From Comamonadaceae bacterium (GTDB taxonomy: Bacteria; Pseudomonadota; Gammaproteobacteria; Burkholderiales; Burkholderiaceae_C), in the NCBI GenBank assembly GCA_947380945.1, contig CANCTD010000001.1, forward strand, positions 849 through 64,848: DNA of 64,000 nucleotides. The letters are read 5' to 3'. The notes under the pieces are model-generated. The model was given only the letters and a program-made list of their open reading frames with translations, ran no database searches and was not told the DNA's origin. Position numbers and translations under genes: made by a program. Position 1 is the stretch's first letter, and each line of letters opens with the position of its first letter. Below, one piece after another: positions 27,628 to 38,808 of this stretch.

Positions 27628-28605
27628 ATGCCGCTGCTAGAAATCGAAGGTTTGACCGTTGAATTCCCGGCGCGCCAAGGCGTTTTGAAAGCGGTGAAAG
27701 ACGTCCACATCCAGCTCGAGCCCGCAGAGGTGCTGGGAATTGTGGGCGAGTCCGGCTCCGGCAAAAGCGTCAGCATGCTGGCCTTGATGGGCCTGGTTCC
27801 CTTTCCCGGCCGCGTTCAGGCTCGCACGATGCGATTCAAGGGCCATGATTTGCTGCGCCTGGATGCCCAGGAGCGCCGTCGCATGGTGGGACGGGATATG
27901 GCCATGATTTTTCAGGATCCGATTGCCAGCCTGAATCCTTGTTTCACAGTGGAGTACCAGCTCACCGAACCCCTGCGGCTGCACCTGGGTTTGACGCACC
28001 GGCAAGCGCGCACGCGTGCCATCGCGCTGCTCGAGCAGGTGGGGATCGCTGATCCGCAACGCCGCCTCACCGCCTACCCGCACCAACTCTCAGGCGGTAT
28101 GAGCCAGCGCGTGATGATTGCCATGGCGATTGCCTGCGGCCCCAAGTTGCTGATTGCCGACGAGCCGACCACGGCTTTAGATGTGACGATTCAGGCGCAA
28201 ATTCTCGACCTGCTGCAACGCCTGCAAAAGGAACTGTCGATGGCGGTGGTGCTCATTTCCCACAACCTGGGCGTGGTCAGCGACCTGGCGCAGCGGGTGG
28301 CGGTGATGTACGCCGGACAGGTGGTGGAAGTACAAAGTGCGGCAGCCCTGTTTGCCAAACCCCGGCACCCCTACACCGACGCACTCATGCGCGCACTGCC
28401 CCAGCACAACCAGGGGCGCAACCGCCTGCAAACGATTCCCGGGCTAGTTCCGGGCATGCTGGACCGGCCATCCGGTTGCCTGTTTGCCCCACGGTGCAGC
28501 CATGTGCAGCCGCTGGCGTGCACGCGCGCGCCCGCACTGCAGCAGGTGGCGGAACACGGGGGTGACTGCGTGCGCTGCCACTTCCCCCTGAAAGGCACGC
28601 CATGA
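27628..28605 (+). CDS. dppD: Dipeptide ABC transporter ATP-binding protein
   Basis: [34 protein letters not shown]. Confidence 0.9.
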   Translation: MPLLEIEGLTVEFPARQGVLKAVKDVHIQLEPAEVLGIVGESGSGKSVSMLALMGLVPFPGRVQARTMRFKGHDLLRLDAQERRRMVGRDMAMIFQDPIASLNPCFTVEYQLTEPLRLHLGLTHRQARTRAIALLEQVGIADPQRRLTAYPHQLSGGMSQRVMIAMAIACGPKLLIADEPTTALDVTIQAQILDLLQRLQKELSMAVVLISHNLGVVSDLAQRVAVMYAGQVVEVQSAAALFAKPRHPYTDALMRALPQHNQGRNRLQTIPGLVPGMLDRPSGCLFAPRCSHVQPLACTRAPALQQVAEHGGDCVRCHFPLKGTP

Positions 28606-29612
28606 ACGCAGCATCCACCGGCACGGTGAGCGGTTTGCCTATCGTGGAGGCGCAGGATCTGGCGCAGATCTACCGCATACGCCGCGGCTTTTTCAAGCAG
28701 CCGGCGCTTTTGCACGCCGTGCGCGGCGTGTCTTTCAGCCTGCACGCCGGCCGCACGCTAGCGGTTGTGGGGGAATCCGGTTGCGGCAAGTCGACCCTGG
28801 CGCGCATGCTGGCATTGGCCGAACCACCTTCCAGCGGCAAGCTGCGCATCGATGGACAGGCACTTGCAGATGCCCGCGGCGATGCGGTGCAGGCCATGCG
28901 CCGCAAGGTACAAATGGTGTTCCAAAACCCCTACGGCTCCCTCAACCCGCGCCAACGCATTGACCAGATCCTGGAAGGCCCGCTGGAGATCAACACCGCG
29001 CTGAACGCGACCGAACGCCGCAGCGCTGCCCAGGCTATGTTGGAACAAGTAGGCCTTCGGCCTGAACACGGCGCACGCTACCCCCATATGTTCTCCGGCG
29101 GACAGCGCCAGCGCATCGCCATCGCCCGGGCCTTGATGCTCAAGCCGGCCTTGTTGGTAGCCGATGAACCGGTATCGGCACTGGACGTTTCTATCCAGGC
29201 CCAGATTCTGAATTTGCTGGCCGACCTGCAGGCCGAATTCGGTTTGGCTTATCTGTTCATTTCCCATGACCTGGAGGTCGTGCGCTTTCTTGCACACGAT
29301 GTACTGGTCATGTATCTGGGACAGGTCATGGAATACGGTGACAAAACCACGGTGTACCAGCGCCCCATGCACCCCTACACCCGGGCGCTGATGGCAGCTT
29401 CCCCCGGTAGTGGTGCGGCGGGAAGGGCCAGACAGCAAGCCCTATTGCAAGGAGAGTTACCATCTCCGTTAGATCCTCCAAGCGGCTGCGTGTTTTCGAC
29501 GCGATGCCCCCACGCCGTAGGGCGCTGCCACCAGGAGCGTCCTGCGCTGGAAATGGTGCACGGGCGCCAGGTCGCCTGCCATGAGGCCCGCAAGCTGGAT
29601 ACCGATTCATAA
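28602..29612 (+). CDS. dppF: Dipeptide ABC transporter ATP-binding protein
   Basis: GESGCGKST, YPHMFSGGQRQR, ADEPVSALD, PPSGCVFSTRC. Confidence 0.9.
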   Translation: MNAASTGTVSGLPIVEAQDLAQIYRIRRGFFKQPALLHAVRGVSFSLHAGRTLAVVGESGCGKSTLARMLALAEPPSSGKLRIDGQALADARGDAVQAMRRKVQMVFQNPYGSLNPRQRIDQILEGPLEINTALNATERRSAAQAMLEQVGLRPEHGARYPHMFSGGQRQRIAIARALMLKPALLVADEPVSALDVSIQAQILNLLADLQAEFGLAYLFISHDLEVVRFLAHDVLVMYLGQVMEYGDKTTVYQRPMHPYTRALMAASPGSGAAGRARQQALLQGELPSPLDPPSGCVFSTRCPHAVGRCHQERPALEMVHGRQVACHEARKLDTDS

Positions 29613-29648
29613 CCCGCTGCGCTGCAGCATTTTTTAGGAGTAGCCGCC

Positions 29649-31268
29649 ATGCATTCTTTGTCCCGACCTGGTCCATCCGGCAAACGCGCCTTGTTGGCCT
29701 TGCTGGCGATTCCAGCGCTGCTGGCCCTGACGCCACTGAGCGCCAAGACCCTGGTGTACTGCTCCGAAGGCAGCCCGGAAAACTTCTACCCCGGCATCAA
29801 CACCACGGGAACTTCATTCGACGTATCCGAACAAATTTACGACAACCTGGTCGGATTTGAACGCGGCGGCACCTCGGTGGTCCCGGCGCTGGCCGAGAAA
29901 TGGACGGTGTCCAAGGACGGCCTGGAATACACCTTCAGCCTGCGCAAGGGTGTCAAGTGGCAGTCCAACAAGAACTTCAAGCCGAGCCGGGATTTCAATG
30001 CCGATGACGTGCTGTTCATGATTGAGCGCCAGTGGAAAGAAAGCCACCCGTATTTCAAAGTCACCAGCTCCAACCACTCCTACTTTGGCGACATGGGCAT
30101 GCCCAAGCTGCTCAAATCGGTAGAGCGCGTCGACGACCACACTGTCAAAATCGTGCTCAACCGCCCGGAGTCACCCTTTCTCTCCGACCTGGCAATGCAG
30201 TGGGCGGGTGTGCAGTCCAAGGAATACGCCGACGCCATGCTCAAGGCGGGAACGCCCGAGAAAATCGACCAGGAACCCATAGGAACCGGTCCGTTTTCGC
30301 TGGTCCAGTACCAGAAAGACGCCATCATCCGCTTCAAAGCCAACCCTGACTACTGGGCCGGCAAAGCGGCAATCGACGACCTGATTTTCTCGATCACACC
30401 GGACTCCGCAGTCCGCTGGGCCAAAGTGCAAAAAGGCGAATGCCATGTGATGCCCTACCCCAATCCGGCCGATCTGGACGCGATGCGCAAAGACCCCAAT
30501 GTGCAGGTTCTGGAGCAAGCCGGTTTGAACGTCGGCTACCTGGCTTACAACACCACCAAGAAGCCATTCGATGACGTGCGCGTGCGCAAAGCCATCAACA
30601 TGGCCATGGACAAAAACGCCATCGTGTCGGCCGTGTACATGGGAACCGGGGTGCCGGCGGTCAACCCGATTCCGCCCAGCATGTGGGCCTACAACAAGTC
30701 CATCAAAGACGATGCTTTCAATCCCGCAGAGGCCAAAAAATTGCTGGCCGCCGCTGGCTACCCCAATGGTTTCACCACCGATTTGTGGGCCATGCCGGTG
30801 CAACGTCCTTACAACCCCAATGCCAAGCGGATTGCCGAGTTGATGCAAGCCGACCTGGCCAAAATTGGCGTGACTGCGGAAATCAAGAGCTTTGAGTGGG
30901 GCGAGTACCGCAAGCGTATGCAGGCCGGTGAACACCAGATGGGCATGCTGGGCTGGACCGGCGACAACGGTGATCCCGACAATTTCCTGGACACGCTGCT
31001 GGGCTGTGACGCCGCGAAAACCAATGGCTCCAATGTCGCGAAGTTTTGCTACCAGCCCTATGAGGACCTGGTCAGCAAAGCCAAGTTGGTGACCAATGTG
31101 GCCGAACGCACCAAGTTGTATGAGCAAGCGCAGGTGATTTTCAAAGAGCAGGCGCCCTGGTTCACCATCGCACATGCGGTGCAACTCAAGCCGGTTCGCA
31201 AAGAAGTCGTGGGCTTTAAATTGAGCCCCTTCGGCCGCCACACTTTTTATGGTGTGGACCTGAAGTAA
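29649..31268 (+). CDS. dppA: Dipeptide ABC transporter periplasmic binding protein
   Basis: Signal peptide then KTLVYCSEGSPENF, PIGTGPF, WAMPVQRPYNPNA, GWTGDNGDPDNF. Confidence 0.92.
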   Translation: MHSLSRPGPSGKRALLALLAIPALLALTPLSAKTLVYCSEGSPENFYPGINTTGTSFDVSEQIYDNLVGFERGGTSVVPALAEKWTVSKDGLEYTFSLRKGVKWQSNKNFKPSRDFNADDVLFMIERQWKESHPYFKVTSSNHSYFGDMGMPKLLKSVERVDDHTVKIVLNRPESPFLSDLAMQWAGVQSKEYADAMLKAGTPEKIDQEPIGTGPFSLVQYQKDAIIRFKANPDYWAGKAAIDDLIFSITPDSAVRWAKVQKGECHVMPYPNPADLDAMRKDPNVQVLEQAGLNVGYLAYNTTKKPFDDVRVRKAINMAMDKNAIVSAVYMGTGVPAVNPIPPSMWAYNKSIKDDAFNPAEAKKLLAAAGYPNGFTTDLWAMPVQRPYNPNAKRIAELMQADLAKIGVTAEIKSFEWGEYRKRMQAGEHQMGMLGWTGDNGDPDNFLDTLLGCDAAKTNGSNVAKFCYQPYEDLVSKAKLVTNVAERTKLYEQAQVIFKEQAPWFTIAHAVQLKPVRKEVVGFKLSPFGRHTFYGVDLK

Positions 31269-31283
31269 GCCTTCGCAGCAAAG

Positions 31284-31310
31284 AAAAAACCGGCCTAGGC
31301 CGGTTTTTTT
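31284..31310. terminator. Bidirectional terminator between dppA and clpB
   Basis: AAAAAACCGGCCTAGGCCGGTTTTTTT. Confidence 0.85.
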
Positions 31311-31323
31311 GGGTCTGGAACAT

Positions 31324-33933
31324 TCACGCGGAGAACTGGAACTCCCCCGGGGCGCGGATGGGGTCCACGCTCACATGGATGCTGGACTTGGGCAAAAACC
31401 TGCCCTCGAGCAGCAGCTTGGACAGCGGGTTTTCAATCCGCTGCTGAATGGCCCGCTTCAAAGGTCGTGCTCCGTACACGGGATCAAAACCGACCTTGGC
31501 CAGTTCGGCAACCGCCGCATCGGACACATCCAAAGCCAGATCCATGTGCGCCAGCCGGGCGACCAGCCCCGCCAACTGGATCTTGGCAATGCTGGCGATG
31601 TGTGCCGCGCCAAGCGCGTGGAACACCACCGTCTCGTCGATGCGGTTAAGAAACTCGGGGCGGAAATGGGTTTTGAGTTCCTCCAGCACCGCTTCCTTGA
31701 TGTCCTCGCTGCTTTTGCCCACCATGCTCTGGATGATGGGAGAACCGATATTGCTGGTCATCACGATCACCGTGTTCTTGAAGTCCACGGTGCGGCCCTG
31801 GCCGTCGGTCAGGCGGCCATCGTCCAGAACCTGCAGCAACACGTTGAAGACGTCCGGATGGGCTTTTTCAATTTCATCCAGCAGCAGCACGCTGTAGGGC
31901 TTGCGCCGCACCGCTTCGGTCAGGTGGCCGCCTTCTTCGTAGCCCACATAGCCGGGAGGCGCACCGATCAGGCGCGCGACCGAATGCTTTTCCATGAACT
32001 CGCTCATGTCGAGCCGGATCAAATGGTCTTCGCTGTCGAACATGAAACCCGCCAGCGCTTTGCACAGCTCGGTTTTGCCCACGCCGGTCGGTCCCAGAAA
32101 CAGGAAGGAGCCGGTCGGGCGGTTCGGATCAGACAGGCCCGAACGGGCGCGGCGTATCGCGTTGGAAATTGCGGCAATGGCTTCGTCCTGCCCGACCACG
32201 CGTTCGTGCAATTTGGCCTCCATGACCAGCAGCTTGTCGCGCTCGCCCTGCATGAGCTTGGCCACTGGGATGCCGGTCGCACGCGCCACCACCTCGGCGA
32301 TTTCCTCCGCGCCCACCTGGGTGCGCAACAGTTGCGGGGCCGCAGCGTGACCGCCTTTCGCGCCCTGGGCCTTGCCGGTTTCCAGGTCCTGCGCCTCTTT
32401 CAGATGCTTCTCCAGCGCAGGCAATTTGCCGTATTGCAATTCGGCGACTTTGGCTAAATCGCCTTTGCGCGTGAGCGTCTCAATCTGCTGGCGCAGGCTG
32501 TCGATTTCCTGGCGGATCTGGGCGCTGCCCTGGGCAGCGGCTTTTTCCGCTTTCCAGATTTCATCCAGATCGGCAATCTCTTTTTGCAGACTGGTGATTT
32601 CCTCTTCAATCAATTCAAAACGCTTTTGGGATGCATCGTCTTTTTCGCGCTTAACGGCTTCGCGCTCAATTTGCAGCTGGATCAGACGGCGGTCGAGCTT
32701 GTCCATGACCTCAGGCTTGGAGTCGAGCTCGATTTTGATTTTGGCCGCCGCCTCGTCGATCAGGTCAATCGCTTTGTCGGGCAAAAAGCGGTCGGTGATA
32801 TACCGGTGGCTGAGTTCGGCCGCAGCCACGATGGCCGGGTCGGTGATGTTCACGCCGTGGTGCACCTGGTAGCGTTCTTTGAGGCCGCGCAAAATCGCCA
32901 CCGTGGCTTCGACCGAGGGCTCGCCCACCAGAATTTTCTGGAAACGGCGCTCCAGCGCGGCGTCTTTTTCGATGTACTTGCGGTATTCGTCCAACGTGGT
33001 GGCGCCCACGCAATGCAGCTCGCCACGCGCCAGCGCGGGCTTGAGCATATTGCCCGCGTCCATGGCGCCTTCGGCCTTGCCCGCACCCACCATGGTGTGC
33101 AGCTCGTCAATGAAAACAATGGTCTGGCCTTCGTCTTTGGCCAGGTCTTTGAGCACGTTTTTCAGGCGCTCTTCAAACTCGCCGCGAAACTTGGCGCCAG
33201 CCAGGAGTGAGGCCATGTCCAGCGACAGCACGCGCTTGCCCTTGAGCGAATCGGGCACTTCACCGGCCACGATGCGCTGGGCCAGGCCCTCCACAATCGC
33301 GGTTTTGCCCACGCCGGGTTCGCCAATCAGCACGGGGTTGTTTTTGGTGCGGCGTTGCAGCACCTGGATGGCGCGGCGGATTTCGTCGTCGCGGCCAATC
33401 ACCGGATCCAGCTTGCCCATGCGTGCGCGCTCGGTCAGGTCCACGCAGTATTTTTTGAGCGATTCACGCTGCTCTTCGGCGTCGGCGCTGTCCACGTTCT
33501 GGCCACCGCGCACGGCGGCAATCGCGGACTCCAGGCTTTTGCGGGTCAGGCCCTGGGCGCGTGCCGCGTTGCCCAAATCGGACTTGCTATCGGCCAAGGC
33601 CAACAGAAACAACTCGCCGGCAACAAACTGGTCACCGCGCTTGATCGCCTCTTTTTCCGCCGCCTGCAGGAGCGACACCAGATCACGCCCGACCTGCACC
33701 TGGTCCTGGCCATGCACTTCGGGCAGCTTCTTCATGGCGGCCTCGGCCACACCCAAAAGTCCGGCGTGGTTCACACCGGCGCGCTGCAGCAAGGCTTTGG
33801 GCCCATCGTTTTGGTGCAGCATCGCCGCGACCACGTGGGCGGGCTCAATAAAGGCATGGTCTTGTCCGAGCGCAAGGGTTTGGGCCTCCGACAGGGCCTC
33901 CTGGAATTTGGTCGTCAGTTTGTCGATACGCAT
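31324..33933 (-). CDS. clpB: ATP-dependent chaperone ClpB
   Basis: [11 protein letters not shown], two AAA modules ([16 protein letters not shown]), coiled-coil middle domain, [10 protein letters not shown]. Confidence 0.97.
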   Translation of the reverse strand: MRIDKLTTKFQEALSEAQTLALGQDHAFIEPAHVVAAMLHQNDGPKALLQRAGVNHAGLLGVAEAAMKKLPEVHGQDQVQVGRDLVSLLQAAEKEAIKRGDQFVAGELFLLALADSKSDLGNAARAQGLTRKSLESAIAAVRGGQNVDSADAEEQRESLKKYCVDLTERARMGKLDPVIGRDDEIRRAIQVLQRRTKNNPVLIGEPGVGKTAIVEGLAQRIVAGEVPDSLKGKRVLSLDMASLLAGAKFRGEFEERLKNVLKDLAKDEGQTIVFIDELHTMVGAGKAEGAMDAGNMLKPALARGELHCVGATTLDEYRKYIEKDAALERRFQKILVGEPSVEATVAILRGLKERYQVHHGVNITDPAIVAAAELSHRYITDRFLPDKAIDLIDEAAAKIKIELDSKPEVMDKLDRRLIQLQIEREAVKREKDDASQKRFELIEEEITSLQKEIADLDEIWKAEKAAAQGSAQIRQEIDSLRQQIETLTRKGDLAKVAELQYGKLPALEKHLKEAQDLETGKAQGAKGGHAAAPQLLRTQVGAEEIAEVVARATGIPVAKLMQGERDKLLVMEAKLHERVVGQDEAIAAISNAIRRARSGLSDPNRPTGSFLFLGPTGVGKTELCKALAGFMFDSEDHLIRLDMSEFMEKHSVARLIGAPPGYVGYEEGGHLTEAVRRKPYSVLLLDEIEKAHPDVFNVLLQVLDDGRLTDGQGRTVDFKNTVIVMTSNIGSPIIQSMVGKSSEDIKEAVLEELKTHFRPEFLNRIDETVVFHALGAAHIASIAKIQLAGLVARLAHMDLALDVSDAAVAELAKVGFDPVYGARPLKRAIQQRIENPLSKLLLEGRFLPKSSIHVSVDPIRAPGEFQFSA

Positions 33934-34001
33934 GGTGATCTCCGGTTCACCACCACCTGAGGCATTACCGGGGAATTTCAAGCCCCGGGGCGGTTGAGGG
34001 A

Positions 34002-34499
34002 TTAGCCCGCGTTACCGGCCCGGATACCCCAGCGTGCCAGCGCGGCATCGTCGCTCACCCGGGCATCCACCCAGCGTGCGCCCTGCGGGGTTTGCTCCTT
34101 CTTCCAGAACGGAGCCTGGGTTTTCAGGTAATCCATCACGAACTCGCAGGCCTGAAAACTCTCGCCACGGTGCGCCGAACTCACCACGACCAGGACAATC
34201 TGATCCAAAGGCTGCAAGCGTCCGATCCGGTGGATCACACGGGCACCCAGAATGTCAAAACGCGCGTGGGCAGCGTCAATCATGGCCTCAATGGCGCGCT
34301 CGGTCATGCCGGGATAGTGCTCCAATTCCAGCGACGCGATGTCACCCGGACCACCCGCGTTGCGGTCACGCACCGTGCCCACGAAACTGCAGACCGCACC
34401 GACGCGGGGATCGGCAGCGCGCAAATCCGCGACTTCCGCACCCAGGTCAAAGTCCTGGCTTTGAATTCGCACGCGGGCTGGAACGAACACCGCCCTCAA
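34002..34499 (-). CDS. moaE: Molybdopterin synthase catalytic subunit
   Basis: [41 protein letters not shown]. Confidence 0.95.
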   Translation of the reverse strand: MRAVFVPARVRIQSQDFDLGAEVADLRAADPRVGAVCSFVGTVRDRNAGGPGDIASLELEHYPGMTERAIEAMIDAAHARFDILGARVIHRIGRLQPLDQIVLVVVSSAHRGESFQACEFVMDYLKTQAPFWKKEQTPQGARWVDARVSDDAALARWGIRAGNAG

Positions 34500-34747
34500 C
34501 CCCCGGTGACCGGTGGAAAAAAGGCCACTTCGGCACCCTCGGACAGGGTCGCGGCCTCGTCGGCCATCACCTGGTTGAGCGCCATGCGCAAGGCCCGGCC
34601 CGGCGCCAGGGCCTCGGCATAAACGCCACCCCGGGCCAGCAACTCGGCGCGCAATTGCGCCAGCGTAGCGGCTTCTGTGTCCCAGTCTTCGGCGCTGTGC
34701 CCAAGAGCTTCGCGGATGGATGCGAAATACCGGATCTGTACCTTCAT
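34496..34747 (-). CDS. moaD: Molybdopterin synthase sulfur carrier
   Basis: [18 protein letters not shown]. Confidence 0.95.
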   Translation of the reverse strand: MKVQIRYFASIREALGHSAEDWDTEAATLAQLRAELLARGGVYAEALAPGRALRMALNQVMADEAATLSEGAEVAFFPPVTGG

Positions 34748-35994
34748 GTCAGCAACTCCGCAAAACCCAGATAAGCAACCATCTCGCCGCGCGCAACGGT
34801 CTGCCCGGGTGCCAGGTTCACCAGCCCGTCACCCCAGACCAAAGAGGTCAGCACACCCGAACTCTGGTTGGGAAACACATCCAGGCCGCCCTGTGCGTTG
34901 CGGCGCACCCGCACAAATTCCTGCCGCTTATCGGCACGCGGCCAGTCGAAGTCCGCCCGGGTCGGTACACCGCCCGGGTCGCCCAAGCCGGACTGCGACA
35001 CGCCCTGCAACTTGCGCAAGAGCGGCCGCACCAACAACAAAAAGGTGACAAAGCTGGAGACCGGGTTGCCTGGCAAGCCGACAAAATGCGCCCATCCGAT
35101 ACGGCCGTGGGCAAAAGGTTTGCCCGGCTTGATCGCGATTTGCCACAAATCCAGGCTGCCCAGCGCCTGCACAGCGGGCTTGATGTGGTCTTCCTCGCCC
35201 ACCGACACGCCACCGCTGGTGACAATCAGGTCGTGCGTGTGCGCGGCATTGCGCAAGGCCTCGACGGTGGCAGCGCGCTGGTCGGGAACAATGCCCAGGT
35301 CGCTCACCTCGCAACCCAAGCGCCGCAACAGCGACACCAGAAAAAAACGGTTGGAGTTGTAAATCGCCCCAGGCGGCATATCGGCCGGCGCGCAGTCGCC
35401 CGGCATCACCAGTTCATCGCCAGTGGAAAACAGCGCAACCCGCACGCGCCGCAGGACCTGCAAGCTGCCCATGCCCACTCCCGCCGCCTGGCCCAGTTCG
35501 GCCGGCCCCAAGCGGATTCCACGGGCCAAAACTACGTCGCCGCGCGCCACGTCTTCGCCGGCACGGCGTATCCATTGCCCATGCTGCGGCAGGACATTGA
35601 CGCGCACCGATGGCACTGCGCCGTCCGCCGCGTCCTGCACCGTGCAATCCTCTTGCATGACCACCGCATCGGCTCCGGGGGGCAGCGGCGCGCCGGTGAA
35701 TATGCGCGCCAGCGTGCCGGCCTCCAAAGGCTTTGCGCCCATTCCCGCAGCGATGCGCTGGCTTTGCGGCAGAAGGGTTCCCACCTGCGGAACATCGGCA
35801 CAGCGCAGGGCATAACCATCCATGGAACTGTTGTCCTGCGGCGGCACATGCAAGGCCGACACCACGTCCTGCGCAAGCACGCGGCCGTCGGCATCCAGGG
35901 TCGCGACCTGCTCGGTAGCGTTCAGCGGCTCGACCGCCGCGAGCAGCTGGGCCAGGGCTTGGGACAGCGGCTTGAGCGGCGGGCGCGGGTTCAT
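34744..35994 (-). CDS. moeA: Molybdopterin molybdotransferase
   Basis: NSSMDGYA, RIFTGAPLP, STGDEL, SGGVSVG, KPGKP, GLPGNPVS. Confidence 0.95.
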   Translation of the reverse strand: MNPRPPLKPLSQALAQLLAAVEPLNATEQVATLDADGRVLAQDVVSALHVPPQDNSSMDGYALRCADVPQVGTLLPQSQRIAAGMGAKPLEAGTLARIFTGAPLPPGADAVVMQEDCTVQDAADGAVPSVRVNVLPQHGQWIRRAGEDVARGDVVLARGIRLGPAELGQAAGVGMGSLQVLRRVRVALFSTGDELVMPGDCAPADMPPGAIYNSNRFFLVSLLRRLGCEVSDLGIVPDQRAATVEALRNAAHTHDLIVTSGGVSVGEEDHIKPAVQALGSLDLWQIAIKPGKPFAHGRIGWAHFVGLPGNPVSSFVTFLLLVRPLLRKLQGVSQSGLGDPGGVPTRADFDWPRADKRQEFVRVRRNAQGGLDVFPNQSSGVLTSLVWGDGLVNLAPGQTVARGEMVAYLGFAELLT

Positions 35995-36010
35995 GGGGTC
36001 GGCAGGGCCC

Positions 36011-37450
36011 TCAGGCCCCGCAGGTACGGGCGATCAGGGCTTTGACTGCCGCAACGTCGGCATCCATCTCCACCACGCGCTTGGGCAAGGCTTCTATGCC
36101 CTCAAAACGCGCAGGCCGCTGCGGCTCGCGGCCCAGGGCTTCGACGATGGTGGACGCAAACTTGATCGGCAAGGCGGTTTCTAGCACCAGCATGGGCACG
36201 CCGCTTGCGCGCTGCTCCTGGGCGACCTTCAAACCGTCTGCCGTGTGCGTATCGATCACCACCCCGTAGCGTGCGGCGCAGTCGCGGATGGTGGCCAGGC
36301 GTTGCGCGTGCGTGCTCTTGCCGCTGGAAAAACCATAGCGGGAGGTTGCCTGCGCAAACGCCGGGTCACCGCTCAAATCAAAGCGCCCATCCTGCGAAAT
36401 CGCATCGCTAAAAAGGGCTTTGGTGCGTGCGCCGTCGCGACCCAGTAAATCAAAAATGAAACGCTCGAAATTGCTGGCCTTGGAAATATCCATAGACGGG
36501 CTGGATGTTTCGTGGGTGTCGGCGCTTGCGCGCACGCGGTACACACCGGTGCGGAAAAATTCGTCGAGCACATCGTTCTCGTTGGTCGCAACCACCAGCT
36601 TGTCGATCGGCAATCCCATCATGCGGGCCACATGGCCGGCGCACACATTGCCAAAGTTACCGCTGGGCACGCAAAAACTCACGCGCTGCGTGCTGTGCGT
36701 GGTGGCCTGCAAATACCCGGCAAAGTAATAGACCACCTGCGCCATCAGGCGCGCCCAGTTGATCGAGTTGACGGTACCGATGCGGTAGCGGCGTTTGAAA
36801 TCCAGATCGCCTGAGACCGCCTTCACCAGGTCCTGGCAATCGTCAAACACGCCACGCACGGCGATGTTGATGATGTTCTCGTCCATCAGGCTGAACATCT
36901 GCGCCTGCTGGAAAGGGCTCATGCGACCCTGGGGGCTGGTCATAAAGACGCGCACGCCTTTTTTGCCGCGCATGGCGTACTCGGCGGCGCTGCCGGTGTC
37001 GCCGCTGGTGGCACCAAAAATATTCAGCTCCTCGCCCCGGCGTGCCAGGTGGTACTCGAACAAATTACCCAGCAGCTGCATGGCCATGTCTTTGAAGGCC
37101 AAGGTGGGGCCGTTGGACAGCCCGAGCAAATACAAACCTTCGTCCAGACGCGTCAGCGGCGTGATCTGCGGCGTGCCGAAAACCGAAGGCGTATAGGTCT
37201 TGCGGCACAGGGCGCGCAGATCCTCAGCGGGTATATCGTCCACGTACAGGGAAACAATTTCAAATGCCAAATCCGCGTAGTCCAGCGCGCGCCAGCGGTC
37301 CAGCGTAGCGCTGTCAATTTGCGGGTAGCGCTCGGGCAGATACAAGCCGCCATCGGGTGCCAAGCCCTCCAACAAAATGTCACAGAACTGCCGCCCGGCG
37401 GGCGCGCTCTGCCCGGCGGAAGACGTGGCGCGGGTCGAAAAATACAGCAT
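36011..37450 (-). CDS. thrC: Threonine synthase
   Basis: GLAPDGGLY, GPTLAFKD, ATSGDTG, NSINWAR, VPSGNFGN. Confidence 0.96.
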   Translation of the reverse strand: MLYFSTRATSSAGQSAPAGRQFCDILLEGLAPDGGLYLPERYPQIDSATLDRWRALDYADLAFEIVSLYVDDIPAEDLRALCRKTYTPSVFGTPQITPLTRLDEGLYLLGLSNGPTLAFKDMAMQLLGNLFEYHLARRGEELNIFGATSGDTGSAAEYAMRGKKGVRVFMTSPQGRMSPFQQAQMFSLMDENIINIAVRGVFDDCQDLVKAVSGDLDFKRRYRIGTVNSINWARLMAQVVYYFAGYLQATTHSTQRVSFCVPSGNFGNVCAGHVARMMGLPIDKLVVATNENDVLDEFFRTGVYRVRASADTHETSSPSMDISKASNFERFIFDLLGRDGARTKALFSDAISQDGRFDLSGDPAFAQATSRYGFSSGKSTHAQRLATIRDCAARYGVVIDTHTADGLKVAQEQRASGVPMLVLETALPIKFASTIVEALGREPQRPARFEGIEALPKRVVEMDADVAAVKALIARTCGA

Positions 37451-37456
37451 AGGGAA

Positions 37457-38797
37457 TCAGGCCAGCTCTTCTTTGCGGATACGCACGATTTTCTGCAACA
37501 CCGTGGGCAGCGACTGCATGCGGGCCAGGGCGGAATCCATGCGCGATTCAATGCAATCGTGGGTGAGGATGATCAAGTCGGTTTGTGCCGCGTTGTCGCC
37601 ATCGATCTCGTCGGCTTCCCGTTGGATTACCGCGTCGATGCTGATGTCGCAGTCGGCCAGAATGCCCGCGACCTTGGCCAGCACACCGGCCTGGTCGGCG
37701 ACCCGCAAGCGCAGGTAGTAGCTGGTGACAACCGCGCTCATGGGCAGCACGGGCTCGGAACTCATGGCGTCGGGCTGGAAGGCCAGATGCGGCACACGCT
37801 GCGCAGCGTCTGCCGTATGCAGGCGCGCGACATCGACCAAATCGGCAATCACGGCCGAGGCGGTTTGTTCGGAACCGGCGCCCGCACCGTAGTACATGGT
37901 GATGCCGGCAGCGTCGCTTTTGACCATGATGCCGTTCATCGAACCTTCCACATTGGCCAGCAAACGCTTGGCCGGGATCAGCGTGGGATGCACGCGCAAT
38001 TCAATGCCCTGGCTGGTGCGCTTGGCGATGCCCAGCAACTTGATGCGGTAACCCATCTGAAACGCGTAGCCAATATCTGCGGCCGCCAGTTTGGTAATGC
38101 CCTCCACATGGTCGGGCTTGAACTGGATCGGAATGCCAAACGCCACCGACGCCAGGATGGTGGCCTTGTGCGCAGCGTCGAAACCTTCGATGTCGAAACT
38201 CGGATCGGCCTCCGCATAACCCAGCGCCTGGGCCTGCGCCAGCACCGCATCAAAGCCCAGGCCCTTGTCACGCATTTCGCTCAAGATGAAATTGGTCGTA
38301 CCGTTGATGATGCCGGCCACCCACTCAATCCGGTTGCCTGACAGGCCTTCGCGCAAAGCCTTGATGATGGGAATACTCACCGCGACCGCGCCTTCAAACG
38401 CCACCATCACGCCATGTTGCTGCGCGGCCGCAAACACTTCGTTGCCATGCTCCGCAAGCAGCGCTTTGTTCGCCGTCACCACATGCTTGCCGTTGGCAAT
38501 CGCACGCATGACCAGGTCTTTGGCCAGCGTGGTACCACCTATGACTTCGACCACGATTTCCACATCCGGATGGTCCACCACCGCAAACGGATCGGCGGTG
38601 ACGTGAGCGGCCGATCCGACCACGCTGCGCGCACGGTCCAGGTCGCGGGCAGCAACGATGGAAATTTCAATACCGCGCCCGGCGCGGCGTTTGATTTCCT
38701 GTTGGTTGCGCTGCAACACGCGGAAGGTGCCGCCGCCTACGGTGCCTATGCCCAAAAGGCCGACCTGTATGGGTTTCATGGAAAACGTGTCTGACAT
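37457..38797 (-). CDS. hom: Homoserine dehydrogenase
   Basis: GIGTVGGG, HVVTANK, GIINGTTNFIL, GYAEADP, C-terminal ACT domain; alternative start ATG 38779. Confidence 0.96.
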   Translation of the reverse strand: MSDTFSMKPIQVGLLGIGTVGGGTFRVLQRNQQEIKRRAGRGIEISIVAARDLDRARSVVGSAAHVTADPFAVVDHPDVEIVVEVIGGTTLAKDLVMRAIANGKHVVTANKALLAEHGNEVFAAAQQHGVMVAFEGAVAVSIPIIKALREGLSGNRIEWVAGIINGTTNFILSEMRDKGLGFDAVLAQAQALGYAEADPSFDIEGFDAAHKATILASVAFGIPIQFKPDHVEGITKLAAADIGYAFQMGYRIKLLGIAKRTSQGIELRVHPTLIPAKRLLANVEGSMNGIMVKSDAAGITMYYGAGAGSEQTASAVIADLVDVARLHTADAAQRVPHLAFQPDAMSSEPVLPMSAVVTSYYLRLRVADQAGVLAKVAGILADCDISIDAVIQREADEIDGDNAAQTDLIILTHDCIESRMDSALARMQSLPTVLQKIVRIRKEELA

Positions 38798-38808
38798 GGT
38801 GGGGGAAC